Origin: Antedon mediterranea
Lineage: Eukaryota > Animalia > Echinodermata
Length of the DNA: 64,000 nucleotides
Assembly: GCF_964355755.1 (NCBI RefSeq)
Contig: NC_092680.1
Coordinates: 16,439,045-16,503,044, forward strand
Direction of reading: 5' to 3'
Each line of letters opens with the position of its first letter. Position 1 is the first letter of the stretch. Both the position numbers and the translations under genes were made by a program. The notes beneath the pieces were generated by a model that ran no database searches, was not told the origin of the DNA, and saw nothing but the letters and a program-made list of their open reading frames with translations. Shown in pieces: positions 27,985-40,000 of the stretch.

Positions 27985-28215
27985 TCATCGTCAGGGCCTG
28001 ATGGGATACATCCACATGTAGGCCTACTAACAGACTATAGCCAAACCCCTCATCTTAAAAAAAACTTTAAATAGGCCTACCGGTGAAATCCCTCGCAATC
28101 ATGGAAAGAAACAACTGTCATATCGATACACAAACGTGGGACACGGACCATTTTTTCAAAATATAGACAAATTTCAATTAAATCGGTTGTCTGCAAACTT
28201 TTTAAAAACATAATC
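27985..28215 (+). mobile_element. Decayed CR1/L2-group LINE ORF2 (reverse transcriptase N-terminal) fragment
   Basis: Frameshifted pieces translate SSSGPDGIHPH / IAKPLIL / TGEIPR / SWKETTVISIHKRGTRTIFSKYRQISIKSVVCKLFKNII, matching the non-LTR RT motif GPDGI..P...WK.A.V.PI.K.G......NYRPISL.S...K..E.II. Confidence 0.85.
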
Positions 28216-28659
28216 TGGTGACGTGAATTAATACAACACTAACTTTAGTGAGATTTTTTAGATAATGGACCATACAAATGCTTAGCTAGCTTAAATGTAC
28301 ATTATTTTAAAATATTTATATTTATAATAGCCCTATATGTAAAATATTTTAAAATATGTATATGTAGGCCTATATAAAATTATAGAAAAACAATAGTGAG
28401 AAATAATAAACTATGATTAGAGTGTTTACAACATTATTAAAATGGAATTAATAAAATGGTACTTGCACTATATTGTTATAATTATTATTCTTGACAAACT
28501 TGGAATATAGGGGAATGATGTTCAAACAATGCTGGTGATGGTAGTGATGATGATGGCGTTTGCGATGACGACGACGAGCTAAATGTAATTTCTATTTCGT
28601 TATAGCTGACTATAATTTGAGAACGTCAAAACAATTCGTTAATAAAATAATAAGCCTGG

Positions 28660-28975
28660 CTGAAAGCTCGATTCGTGACTGACGTGCTTCAGAGCCATAA
28701 TATAATGGCTCTGACGTGCTTGTGTAATATGCTCCCTCTATCTCCTAGATAGGAAAGAATATACAATCTATAGAGGGCGCCATAAAGTGAGTCATTTTGG
28801 TGGAGTCCAAGTCGATTCTCGAGCAAAACAAGAAAAGCGTCGCGTCGCCTTGGAATTTATTAAGTAGGCGAAAATCCAGTAAGAGATTTTAAACATTTCC
28901 AAAAAATAGGCAGAAATGAAGTTATTTTGGGCTAAAACAATATCAAATTTACTAAATTAAGAGGTGAGATCCCAG
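28660..28975 (+). promoter_or_regulatory. Probable ADGRV1 promoter and non-coding first exon
   Basis: Local CpG-rich patch. Two TGACGTG (CRE/ATF-like) sites at 28680 and 28712, an inverted pair GCTCCCTCTAT/ATAGAGGGCGC (CTCF-like) at 28731-28780, and a consensus donor CAG|GTGAGT at 28975/28976 that could splice to the acceptor at 31000/31001. Confidence 0.6.
28682..28721. mobile_element. 24-bp hAT-like micro-element with 8-bp TSD
   Basis: ACGTGCTT|CAGAGCCAT-AATATA-ATGGCTCTG|ACGTGCTT: perfect 9-bp TIRs (28690-28713) and a perfect 8-bp direct repeat. Confidence 0.8.
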
Positions 28976-31025
28976 GTGAGTTTAATATGGGGGAATTATC
29001 CCACCACTTCGGGTTGTAACACTAAAACAGCAGTAGGCCCTACAATTTTTACTTGTTTTTTTAGTCTTTCTACTCTTCTTACTTAGCCTTATACTAGGTG
29101 CCGCCGTGGCTCCCCCGCCGTGTGGTATCTTCAAATCAACAGGTGGGATATAAGTACTGGGCCTAGCTGGATCAATGAAACACAACTGTATTAATACATA
29201 TATAGGCGTATATCCAGCTACATTGTGAAGATAGATCTCTCACAATTGATTTTATTTTGAAATTGCAAACAGCATGTCAACAACGTATGCGTTCCTATTG
29301 TCATGTAAAGTAGGGTGTATTGTTGTCCGTATTGTTTACATAGATGAGAGCTTTTTATTGTATTATCATACATAATAGTTTGATTCAAATTAACCTATGT
29401 AGTAGTAGGCCTAACAGTTACATACATTTTTTTTTTTAAATATAGAATTTGTACATCAGTTTTGTACATCATTTTGTAAGATAAAATGCAATTTTTATTG
29501 GCAGTTGTTCCAGCCAGTCATCATATTCAACTATACAATATTGTTTTTTTTTGTTTGTCTCTTAACATCTTAAAATGTTTTGAAAACAAAGACCCTCGGA
29601 AATGTCTAAAATACAACCAAAACTATAGATTCAGATTTATTCGTCTTTTCGAACATTTGTTGGAATACTGATAGATAGTTAGAATAGAATCCAATGCTGG
29701 TCACTTTTCTTACATCCTTAGGCATGACACTTAAAGATGTATTGTCCCTTGAAACACAAAAAATGGAGGTCAAACTATTCTGAATTTAAATTGGCCATAT
29801 CAAAGTAATATTAAAGTTATTCACTTCATATAAAAATTCAAGACAAAAACAGCAATTTTACGTAATTAACAGGTAAATTAATTTGATTACATTTCGCCTG
29901 GAAAATCGTTGGTAGCGAAAGTAAACAAAGATTTTAAACCATGAGTATGCATGATGCTAATTAGGATTGTTTACAACTCGTCATGGTTGAGAAGGTGTTT
30001 TCACATTTTTTTTTTTTTTTTGTACAGTATACCACACATGTACTGTACACTTACTAATGTAGGGAGGCACACCCTCTAGTCTTAGTTTAATAACTGCAAT
30101 TTGTCTAAACTACTGTACAGTATATAGTAGTTTGTGTCATTAAAACTACAATACAATGATTCATAGAAATAGCATGTTTGCTAACGTTAATTATTGATTT
30201 TCGCAGAATTGCCATAAAGCTGTGGCAGTTTGTATTGAAGGATTAAAACCAACAGTTACTGTAATTGTATACTGCACAGTTTTTTTACATATATTTAGTA
30301 ACATAAAATGTCAAATACAGTACTATTAACATTAATTTTAAAACATGAGCTACTATCACTATCAGTACTGTATTTAAATTATTATTTTTTACAATTAACA
30401 TTATAATTGACCTATTATCCATTCATTATCTAATTATAAAAAAATCCATGGTTTATTAAAAATCAATTTCATAGATAGTACACTGTACAGTAAACTAAAA
30501 TGAGATGTCTTTTTAAAACAATTTGGCTTGAATCTTTGGCAGAAAAATTTAACGTACTGTATGGCAATCCTGCTATCAAATGATGTCTGTTCCAGTCACA
30601 CAATACAGTAGCCTGTAATTCAGTACATTAACTGATTTTGTATTAATGTGTTGCTATAAATTAATGTATTGTTTTTCTTTATAAATTTCATGAGCTTAAT
30701 TTGACTTTTATTTGACAATAATGTAAAGTAATAAAGTTCTTCCGTATTTCCACTCAATTCACTCTTGATGTCTGGAGGTCATGTACAGCCTTTTACCTGG
30801 TGATGGGTGACGCACTTTGGGTTGCAAGTCACCTGGTCCTCCAATTCTTTTTTTTTTCTCGTGTCTGCTTTGTCTTTATTTTACTTGTAAATGAGTGAAC
30901 TGTACAGTATATTGTATTGTGTATCATGGTTTTTAAAATGAATATTCCGATATAAAAAAACCTGTAATGTTCACCTATTATTTATTTATTTTTTAATTAG
31001 GATTACATCATTATCGTGAAGAATC

Positions 31026-34000
31026 ATGATGCTATTAGTGGTACTGCTATCCCAGATTGCCATTCTGCTGGCCCAGAATGCACAAGTCTCCTTTTTGGAA
31101 ACCGCTATATCTGTTGGAGAATTTGATGACTCATCATTTACCTTAAGAGTACAGAAAACAGGCAGAAGTGATACAAGTATCTCAATATTAATTGATATAA
31201 TAAGTGTAAGTCAATCAATTTCAACTTCTTTATAATATAATGGAATAGAATTTGAATATCCAGTATGATGTTATACAATATATTTGTGACAAAATATCAA
31301 ACACTTAAATACTGTATGAATACTGTATACTATTATTTTAAAAATGTTATGGTTGTACAGTTGGAACCTTATCTGATGTATTGTACTAGCCAGCTCTATT
31401 GTACATAATGTTATAGTTTTGCTTTATTATATAAAATAATTTTGAAAAATATAAAATAAAATCTTAAAATGGATTAGTGCCTTTTAAGCCATTGAGCCTC
31501 TCTACCCCCACAGGGGACCTAATATGGGCTTTGGGTCCACAGTAAAAAATTGGTGATACCTTTGATATTGGGTTTCAATTTTAAATTAATAAATTAGTGC
31601 TTGGTACTGGTAACCTTTGTTTATCAAGCATGGTCCATGCACCAAACTTAAAATGTTTGTAAACTATAACGCATCTAACATTACCATATTTTTCAACAAC
31701 ATACAGTATACAGTCAGGGAAAAATGGCAAAAGGCTTCCTACTTTCTAGGAGTTTTATCAGATTTCCCCCCTAACTGTATACTTTCAAACTGACATTCTA
31801 ACTACAGTATTCAATTTTCTTTGTTTTTCAGCCTACAGAAGGAATTGCAAACGATTTCAGAGTGCCATACAATCAGTTTATAGAATTTAGTGCAGGTGAT
31901 GCAGTGGAAACGCAAGAAACAACATGGTACATACTGAATGATGACATACCAGAGGATGATGAAGTCTTCACCTTTGAACTTAGTGTCTTGTCTGGTGCTG
32001 GACAAGTAACTGTTAGTCAAGGTATCTCCAGGGTTACAATAGAAGCTAATGATGATGCTTATGGTATTATTGGATTTTCTTCAGTAAGTTGTAGAGCTTG
32101 TTCAAAGTTAATTTAGTAATTGTTTTAAAATGATTAACACTGTATTTAATATTCCAGAAAATAAAAATACAGTCTCATTCTTTTTAAAATCCTGACAAAC
32201 TTCTCAAAAATGGTCCTGTATCTGTGCAGAGACGGGTACTTTGAGGATAGACAAGAGCTTCGAGACAAAGCAGAATCTGTAGGAATGGCTATATTATGAT
32301 TATAAAGGCATGGGTTTAAAGACCTCTCTCATTATATTGTCCATCTGATGTATACCTGTTCTGTGTACAGTACATACTGTATGTGATACATCTACTGTAC
32401 CAGTATGCTGATCTTGGTCCTGTACTAGATATTCTGAAAAAGAAATAAAGAAAGATGTTGTGACATTTATGTTCTGTTTCATTATAGGTTGGACCATTGG
32501 TCATCTCTGAAGATCCATTTGAAGAAACCATCGTTAATGTAACTTGTTCTCGTGAACGTGGAGCATTCTCATCAGTATCTGCCACATTTGAGGTAAATTT
32601 TACTTTACTAAAATCTATACCATGTTTATTAACATTTTAAGGTCAAGTCAGACAGCATCGTACGACGAGGCTCAATGCAACGTCTTGACTCGTTGGTGCT
32701 GTCTAAGTTGAAACAGGACGAGTCGTCTTGAGATATCGTGGGGCGTAGTTTTTAGGTCGTCTTTAAACATGTTTAATTTTCTCCTGACCTATATACCTTG
32801 TCAATCCTGCTACATGAATGTTTTGCTAGGTTGGTGATTTGGTCGCCAAGCAGTGGTGCTTGCCATAGTAGTTCGGTAGGTATTTCTAAACTAGGTTGCG
32901 CCTTGTGCATGTCGAAACATTTTAAATAACCCTGAATGTGCCGCATCTCCACTAACATACTCTGACTTTGTATACTAATATTTTGTCTTGACTCTCTCCA
33001 GATAATGGGTATTGAACTAACTGATGGCAGTGGTCCTGATGACATTTTACCTTCTTCTGGCTCAGTGGTTTTCAAGAATAATCAAAGTGAAAGCATTTTG
33101 TCACTTCGTATAATTCCAGACCAGGTAGAGTGTTCATATCATTATCCTTTTTCCATACGTAATTCCAATCAATCTACAAATAGTAAAAATACCTGACCGA
33201 CCATTTGCAGTTACTTGAATTATTAAAGTTAAAATCGATTGGATAAAATAAGCAATCTTTAAAACATCTCAATCCAGGTTACTTAAAGATTAATTTACTA
33301 TGTACATTTACATTCATTACCTAACAAAAATATTATATCATTACAACATTGTAAGATGTACAGTAAATTAATAATGAATATATAATTTTTTATTAAAAAT
33401 TAGCTTAAAACAATATATGATTCAAGGAATTAAAGAAGTCATTAAATTATTTATTTTTGTGTATGTAATAATATTAATACTGTCGGTACTTTTATCTTAT
33501 TATGTTTGTAACTTTTAGAGTTTTAATGTACTATACCAATCATTTTTTTGTAATGATATGAATTTTTAAAATTGCTGAGGGCTCTTGACCTTTGACAAGA
33601 TCGCCTAAAATTTTTTAATATATTAACTTTACAATACTTGGTGTTGTATATTCTGGTACAGCCGCTCCATAATTTCTTTGCTTTTCTTCCTTATATCTAT
33701 ATTTTTAAATTTATACTAACAAATATCTTTTTATTAATATTATAATAATAATAATATATCAAAAATGTATTAAATAATATTTATCGCATAATATGCAATC
33801 TACGATAATTTAATTAATTGATATAACAAATTGATTAAATACATAACATCACTTGAATAAAAAGAACAAATCACATATCTACACATAATCATAACATCGT
33901 ATACTCTATCTCTAACAATTTATTAAATCTTCTATCGACTAAAGCCGAAGTATAGTCGTTATCTCGGGACCGTTCTATGGCCACCACCAGGTAGGCTTAC

Positions 34001-37000
34001 TTCATTAAGGCTTCTATGAATGGATGTACTGGTTGGGAGCAGGAACGCTAGTAGACCAAACCCAGTACCGTTTTGATTACGATCAATCGGGAAATTACCT
34101 CACGACTGTTAAAGACATCATGTAATGGCTGTTGGATGTACAGTACAATTGAAATAAAATGAATATTTCAGTTTACCACCATTTATTTACCACTGTTTAA
34201 ATTCTTTTTTGTTTATTAGATACCCGAGAATGAGGAAACATTTGAAATAAGGTTATTAGAAGCAACAGATGGTGCCAAGTTGGATGGATCATTGTCAAAA
34301 TTAACTTTAAAAATTTTGAAAAATGATAGTCCACTGCAGTTCGCCCAGGCATTTTACTTGTATGAAGAGGACGCTGGTGCTGCTTTGATAACTGTTAACA
34401 GGGGCCTAGCAGAAGATGGAGTTACTCAGCTAGGCCCAGATGATGAGACGGTCACAGTAGGTTATTTTATGGGTTCCAGTTCTGGAACTCTAGGACTAGA
34501 CGCAGTAGCATCAAATGGCACCTTGACTTTCTTACCAAGAGAATATACTAAAACAATCACTATTACAATTTTATCCGATAATATACCAGAAATTGGTGAA
34601 GACTTTGAAATTATTCTTGCAAACTCCAGTTCAAATGCTGTCATTGCTGAGCCATCTGTAGCTGTTTTAACAATTTTAGGAAATGATGATCAAAATGGAG
34701 TGCTATTTTTGAAAGATTCATCCCTGTATGTGACGACTGGTGAAGATACCGGTTTAAATACAAATTTTATTGTTGAAAGATTTGGCGGGACGTTTGGCGA
34801 TGTCAGCATAAATTATGAGATTGTTAGAAATGATTCAAACACTGATGATGTTAACAATGATTTGATTCCTTCTGAAGGAGTTGTTTATTTTTCTGAAGGA
34901 CAAACATCTTCAGAAATTAATATAACTTTTATTGACGATAACATTCCAGAAGAAGCCGAGAGATATATTGTTAGAATTCTTCCATCAACGGTAACTGGTG
35001 GAGCATCTGTAAGAGCGCCAACTGAAGGTCAGTTGCTGCTCGTTGATAGTGATGATGTTTATGGTGTTATCCAGTTTTCATCAGACATTGATCAAAGTAT
35101 TGCAGCCTCTGAGTCCCCTCGGAAATTAAAGTTAACTCTGACAAGAAGTGGAGGATTGATTGGAGATATTCTAGTCAACGTTACTATAACATATGAACTT
35201 CCAGGTGAGGAAGAGTCAACAATAGGAATTGAAGGTAAGATTGAAGACAACACAGACATTGTTTTGTGGTTATATTTGATGTACAGCATTAATAAGGATG
35301 TAACATGGTCTTTTAGCTATGTTATGTGTACCTTAATAATTGAGACTTGAAAAAAGTCTGGTTTGAGAAGGATTTTAAGTTTTGGTTTGGGAGAATTTTT
35401 TTATTTCGATGTGGCAAAACTGTTCCATAATAATGACAATTTTTATAACAAACCAAATTTTATGCATTTCGGATGGGTTTTCTACTATTTTACCTTCTTG
35501 TTATAAGCATTTTGTATTTGTTGTTTTGCCCTGCATATGTTTGGTCATCCAATCTGATCTGGGATGTTTGATATATTCTTATGTTTACAGTATTTGAAAT
35601 AAAGATGATTTTACCAATTACACAGTACAGTATAAATTATGCTGTATATATCTTGGCATGACAGATTTGTACACATGGCTCAGTAATATGTTTTTTTCTG
35701 GTGTCTTTAATCCATGTTTTACATAGAAACATACTTTATGAAATTGTACTGTACAGTAGTAGTTAAACAATTATTTGTATTCTGGCAGTTAGATTTATAA
35801 TAACTTTGATATGTTCTTAAACTTAAACCATTTTTAATCAAGAAAAATGTCTACTTTCAGATATTTTGGATCTTGCTTCAGAGACCACCACTGTATTTCC
35901 TCAAGATCTCTCCATTCATAGATTCTCCATCAATATTCAAAATGATGCATACCTCAGTGTCAATGCAGTCTTCAAGGCAACCTTACAAGAGGTAGATCTT
36001 CTGAACTACGATACCATACTGCCACCATCCAGCCCTCGTATTGGAGTAAAAGATGTTGTATCTTTGGAAGTGTCACCAGCAGAGGCTAATAGTGATGTTG
36101 GATTTGATCAGAATAGTCTTAAGTTAGAGGTTGAGGAACCAGAGGAAGATGCTTTTACGGTTTGTATACCGAATAATAATTTCTTCTTTAAAAATATTAT
36201 AGAGTTTGTAGAATGTATAATTATTCATGTTTAGACACAAAACATGACGCATAATGCACCATTAATATTGTTCACGAGTGGTTACTTGGTTGAAATACTA
36301 GGGACTATAAGGTGGTGTCGAAAGGAACTGGCCACCCTACCACAAAATGCTAAGGCGTAGTAAAATGAGCTCCTTAACAGCTCACTGTACGTTCATAGAT
36401 GAATTTCGTACTGTAATACATTATCTCTGGAACTGTAACAAATCCTAGGGTTTTAAAAATCGTTAAACTTCTGTTTTATTGCAAACATAAACAACTAAAA
36501 TATTATGCTTTCTATTGGTTTATAAATAAGATGTGAAAACATTGTTAATTTTTTAGATTCAATTGAATTTAACAAGAGAAGGTACATCTGGTTACGTATC
36601 ACTTCTATGGCGTGTGTTAGAGGTTGGTGGTAACGCTACAGACAGAATTTATGATTTGTCTCCATCATCTGGAACAGTTTACATGCCACCAGGTAAGCTA
36701 GAGACAACCTCCAGTAAATATCATGATTCACATATTATATTGGCTATTGTAGTATTTTACAAGAGAATAATTGATAGAATACTGTGAAAATACCGTACCT
36801 AAAGAGCCAACAATATCGCCATGGGTTCGAGGCTGACTAGTTCGGGTGGTGGACAATGTCTTCTCAAAGAGACTATAAACAGTAGGTCAGGTGTACACAG
36901 TGCACTTTAAAGAACCCAGCTCATCATCAATCGAGACGAGTAGGGGGAACTGGTTCACAAAATAGCCCCTATATCAGAGGAATTACCACCTATCTGGAAG

Positions 37001-40000
37001 GACAGTGACTAGTTTACTATTGGTAATCCTTGGCCACATGTGCCTAAAGACATAACATTAAATAAAGCCTGGTTTACCAGATTACATTTTTTTTTAAAGA
37101 TATTACCTTCATTATAACATATAACTTATAAAATATTTAAAAAAAAATTGAAATTACAGAAACATTTTCTTGAAATTGATTACTAGATTAAGAAATATTT
37201 CAGATGTATATTTTTTATTGTTGACTTCTTTTTTCAAGGTGTTGCAAGAGGGTATATATATATTCAAATTAGTGCTGATGATTTTGCTGAACTTGAGGAG
37301 CTCTTTCAAGTGGAATTGTACAGTATAACCCCTGACAACCAACGACTCAAAGAAGGATCTGTGACAGCTGAAATTGCTATACTTGAAAACGATGACCCTG
37401 GAGGAGTTTTCGAATTTGCTTCTTTCTCTTCAGGACCATACGTGACAACCGAATCCTTTCAGGTTATTCAAGTTTCAATTATCCGTACCGGATCAGCTCT
37501 AGCGACGCGTGAAGTTATGTATTCTATGATTGACACCTCAGGGGTATCAAATATTGTTGATTTTATTCATGTGCCAAATGTTGTGACCTTTGAACCCGGT
37601 GAAACAATCAGAAACATTTCTTTCCTTGCATTTGATGATGACATCCCTGAGTTAGATGAGGTTTTTAACTTTACTCTTCAAAGTTTTGGTTCAGTACCGA
37701 GTGAAATTGGACCGAATTCAAACATAGTGGTAACAATTTTAGAGAATGACAAGCCGTATGGTATGTTCCACTTTGAACAAACTCCAACTATTATTTATAT
37801 TGATGAGAGCAAAGGAACACCATTAGAAGTTGCACGTTTTGCAGTCATTCGTTCAGAAGGGTCCTTTACAACTGTAACAGTTTCGTGGACTGTGTTGCCT
37901 CAAATGTCGCCTATTGATGTAAGCCCAGTGAATGGGTCACTAACATTCATTGAGGGTCAAACTTTAGCTTACATCGAAATCTCATCCCAAGATGATCAGG
38001 TAAATATTTTTACAATAATATTTTGTAGTAATATCGAGGAATCATGATGTTTATTATATTAAATATTTTTATGAATATTAATACAGTATCAATAAAAAAA
38101 CTATATTATTAATATCATCTTATGTTTTTTTTAGATTCCAGAAGCATCTGAACAGTTTACAATAACTTTGTACGATGCTACGGGTGGTAGTGAAATTGGC
38201 ACAAACAAAGAAGCATACCTTAACATCAACAAAAATGATGATGCCATCTTCTTTGAAGGTAATCATAATATCACTGAATTTGTCTGTTTGAAAAAAATTA
38301 TTACAAACATGTTGGTTGTACAAAATATTATTCATTTAGTTCAAAAAGGTTCCTGTAGGATATATGTTCGTACTTGGAAAATACTAATTTTTATTTAATT
38401 AAATAAAAACTGTTATTGTTTTGATATAAAAATTTCAAATTATGTTTGTTAAAAATGCCAGTATATAAATGGGGTGGCACTACATCTAGGGTAGGTTCAT
38501 TGTAGATTTAATTGTTTCTAATTTAAAGATATTCAATATTGTATTGTATTGCATAATGTATAATAATCTGTAATGCAGAAAAAAAAAATGAAATCTTCAT
38601 TAAAACATTGATGTTTTCTATTACAATGCCATTTTTAGAACCAGTTGAAGTTGATGCCATGGAGCCCAGTACAGTTGTTCTTAGTGTAAGACGCAATGGT
38701 ACTGCCACCGACGTTGTGTCAGTTCAGTATAGAACAGTTAGTGTCACCGCTCTGGATCAACGACAAGACTATGAGAATGCATCTGGGATTTTGACATTTT
38801 CCATTGGGGTTAAAGTTCAGACAATAACACTGTCAATTCTTCAGGATGACAACCCAGAAGAGGCTGAAGTTTTTATTGTAGAACTCTTCAATCCTATTGG
38901 TAAGAATCAATTGTTAACATACATTTATTTTGCAATCTCTCTAGTTGATGATAACGTTGACTCAACTAAATTAAAGCTCTGTCCACACTAAGCTAGTTTA
39001 ACAAAAGTGTGATGTGCCCAAATATCGAAGTGATATGCTTAATATGGTAATGATGACATCATCACGTCCATAATGTATATGGGCACATCACATTTTGTTG
39101 TCACATGAAGTTTGATAGTGTAGATTGAAACCGTTTGGTATGTAACACAGATTATGCTACCTGTAATACTAGCTTGATGTACTGCAGCGTAAACATTTCA
39201 CCAACATGGTGATGTTTGAATTTGGTGTCACAGGTGGCTAATATTACTTTTTTAGTACAGGTTCCTCTATTTGATTGTGGGACTGAAAAACAATCTGTTT
39301 TAGTCTTGTTTCCAAATACATTTTAAAGAGTAGAATAAGCATTTTACGAAACTGAGCATGCATTTCCATAAACCTAAATTACATATTTTCTTTATCCGCT
39401 TTTGTTTCTTTACTCCTATTGTTGTCTTTTTATTTTTAAGTCCTTAGTTTTGGAGGACGTAAGTATTTATTGAATAAACATTTATTGCATGATTTTTTCT
39501 TCAATACATGCATAATTCCTACTAAACCTTCCTTCCGGCTAATTTACAATAAAAAAATTTATATATAATGTACTGACAAAGATGCATGTATTCTTTATAT
39601 TGCCTGGTTGGTTTAACTACATTTTCAATTTGATTTTCTAAAATCCATTTGAATTAGAAAAGCGGTAAAATTATGTTTTTGAAAATTTGGTTTATTAGTA
39701 CACCTAGGTCCTTCAGAGTAGCTGGTTTAGTTTGGCTCTTTTTCACCCTTTTTCTCAATTTCTTGATTCTGATGTCTTATGTCATCAAACAATTTGTTAT
39801 TTTTTAAATTAAGGATTCATTCCTTATCTAATTTACATAATAGAGCATTTACACTTAATCTTTGGTTGAGTGCCATTCATGGAATTGTTTTGATGGTGTT
39901 ATGTTTTTATTAATGGGTATTAACAGATTGTCTTTTTTATTTATTAAATTTAAACACTAAAAAAAGGAAAATTATATGAAAAAAATACCAATAACAGTCA

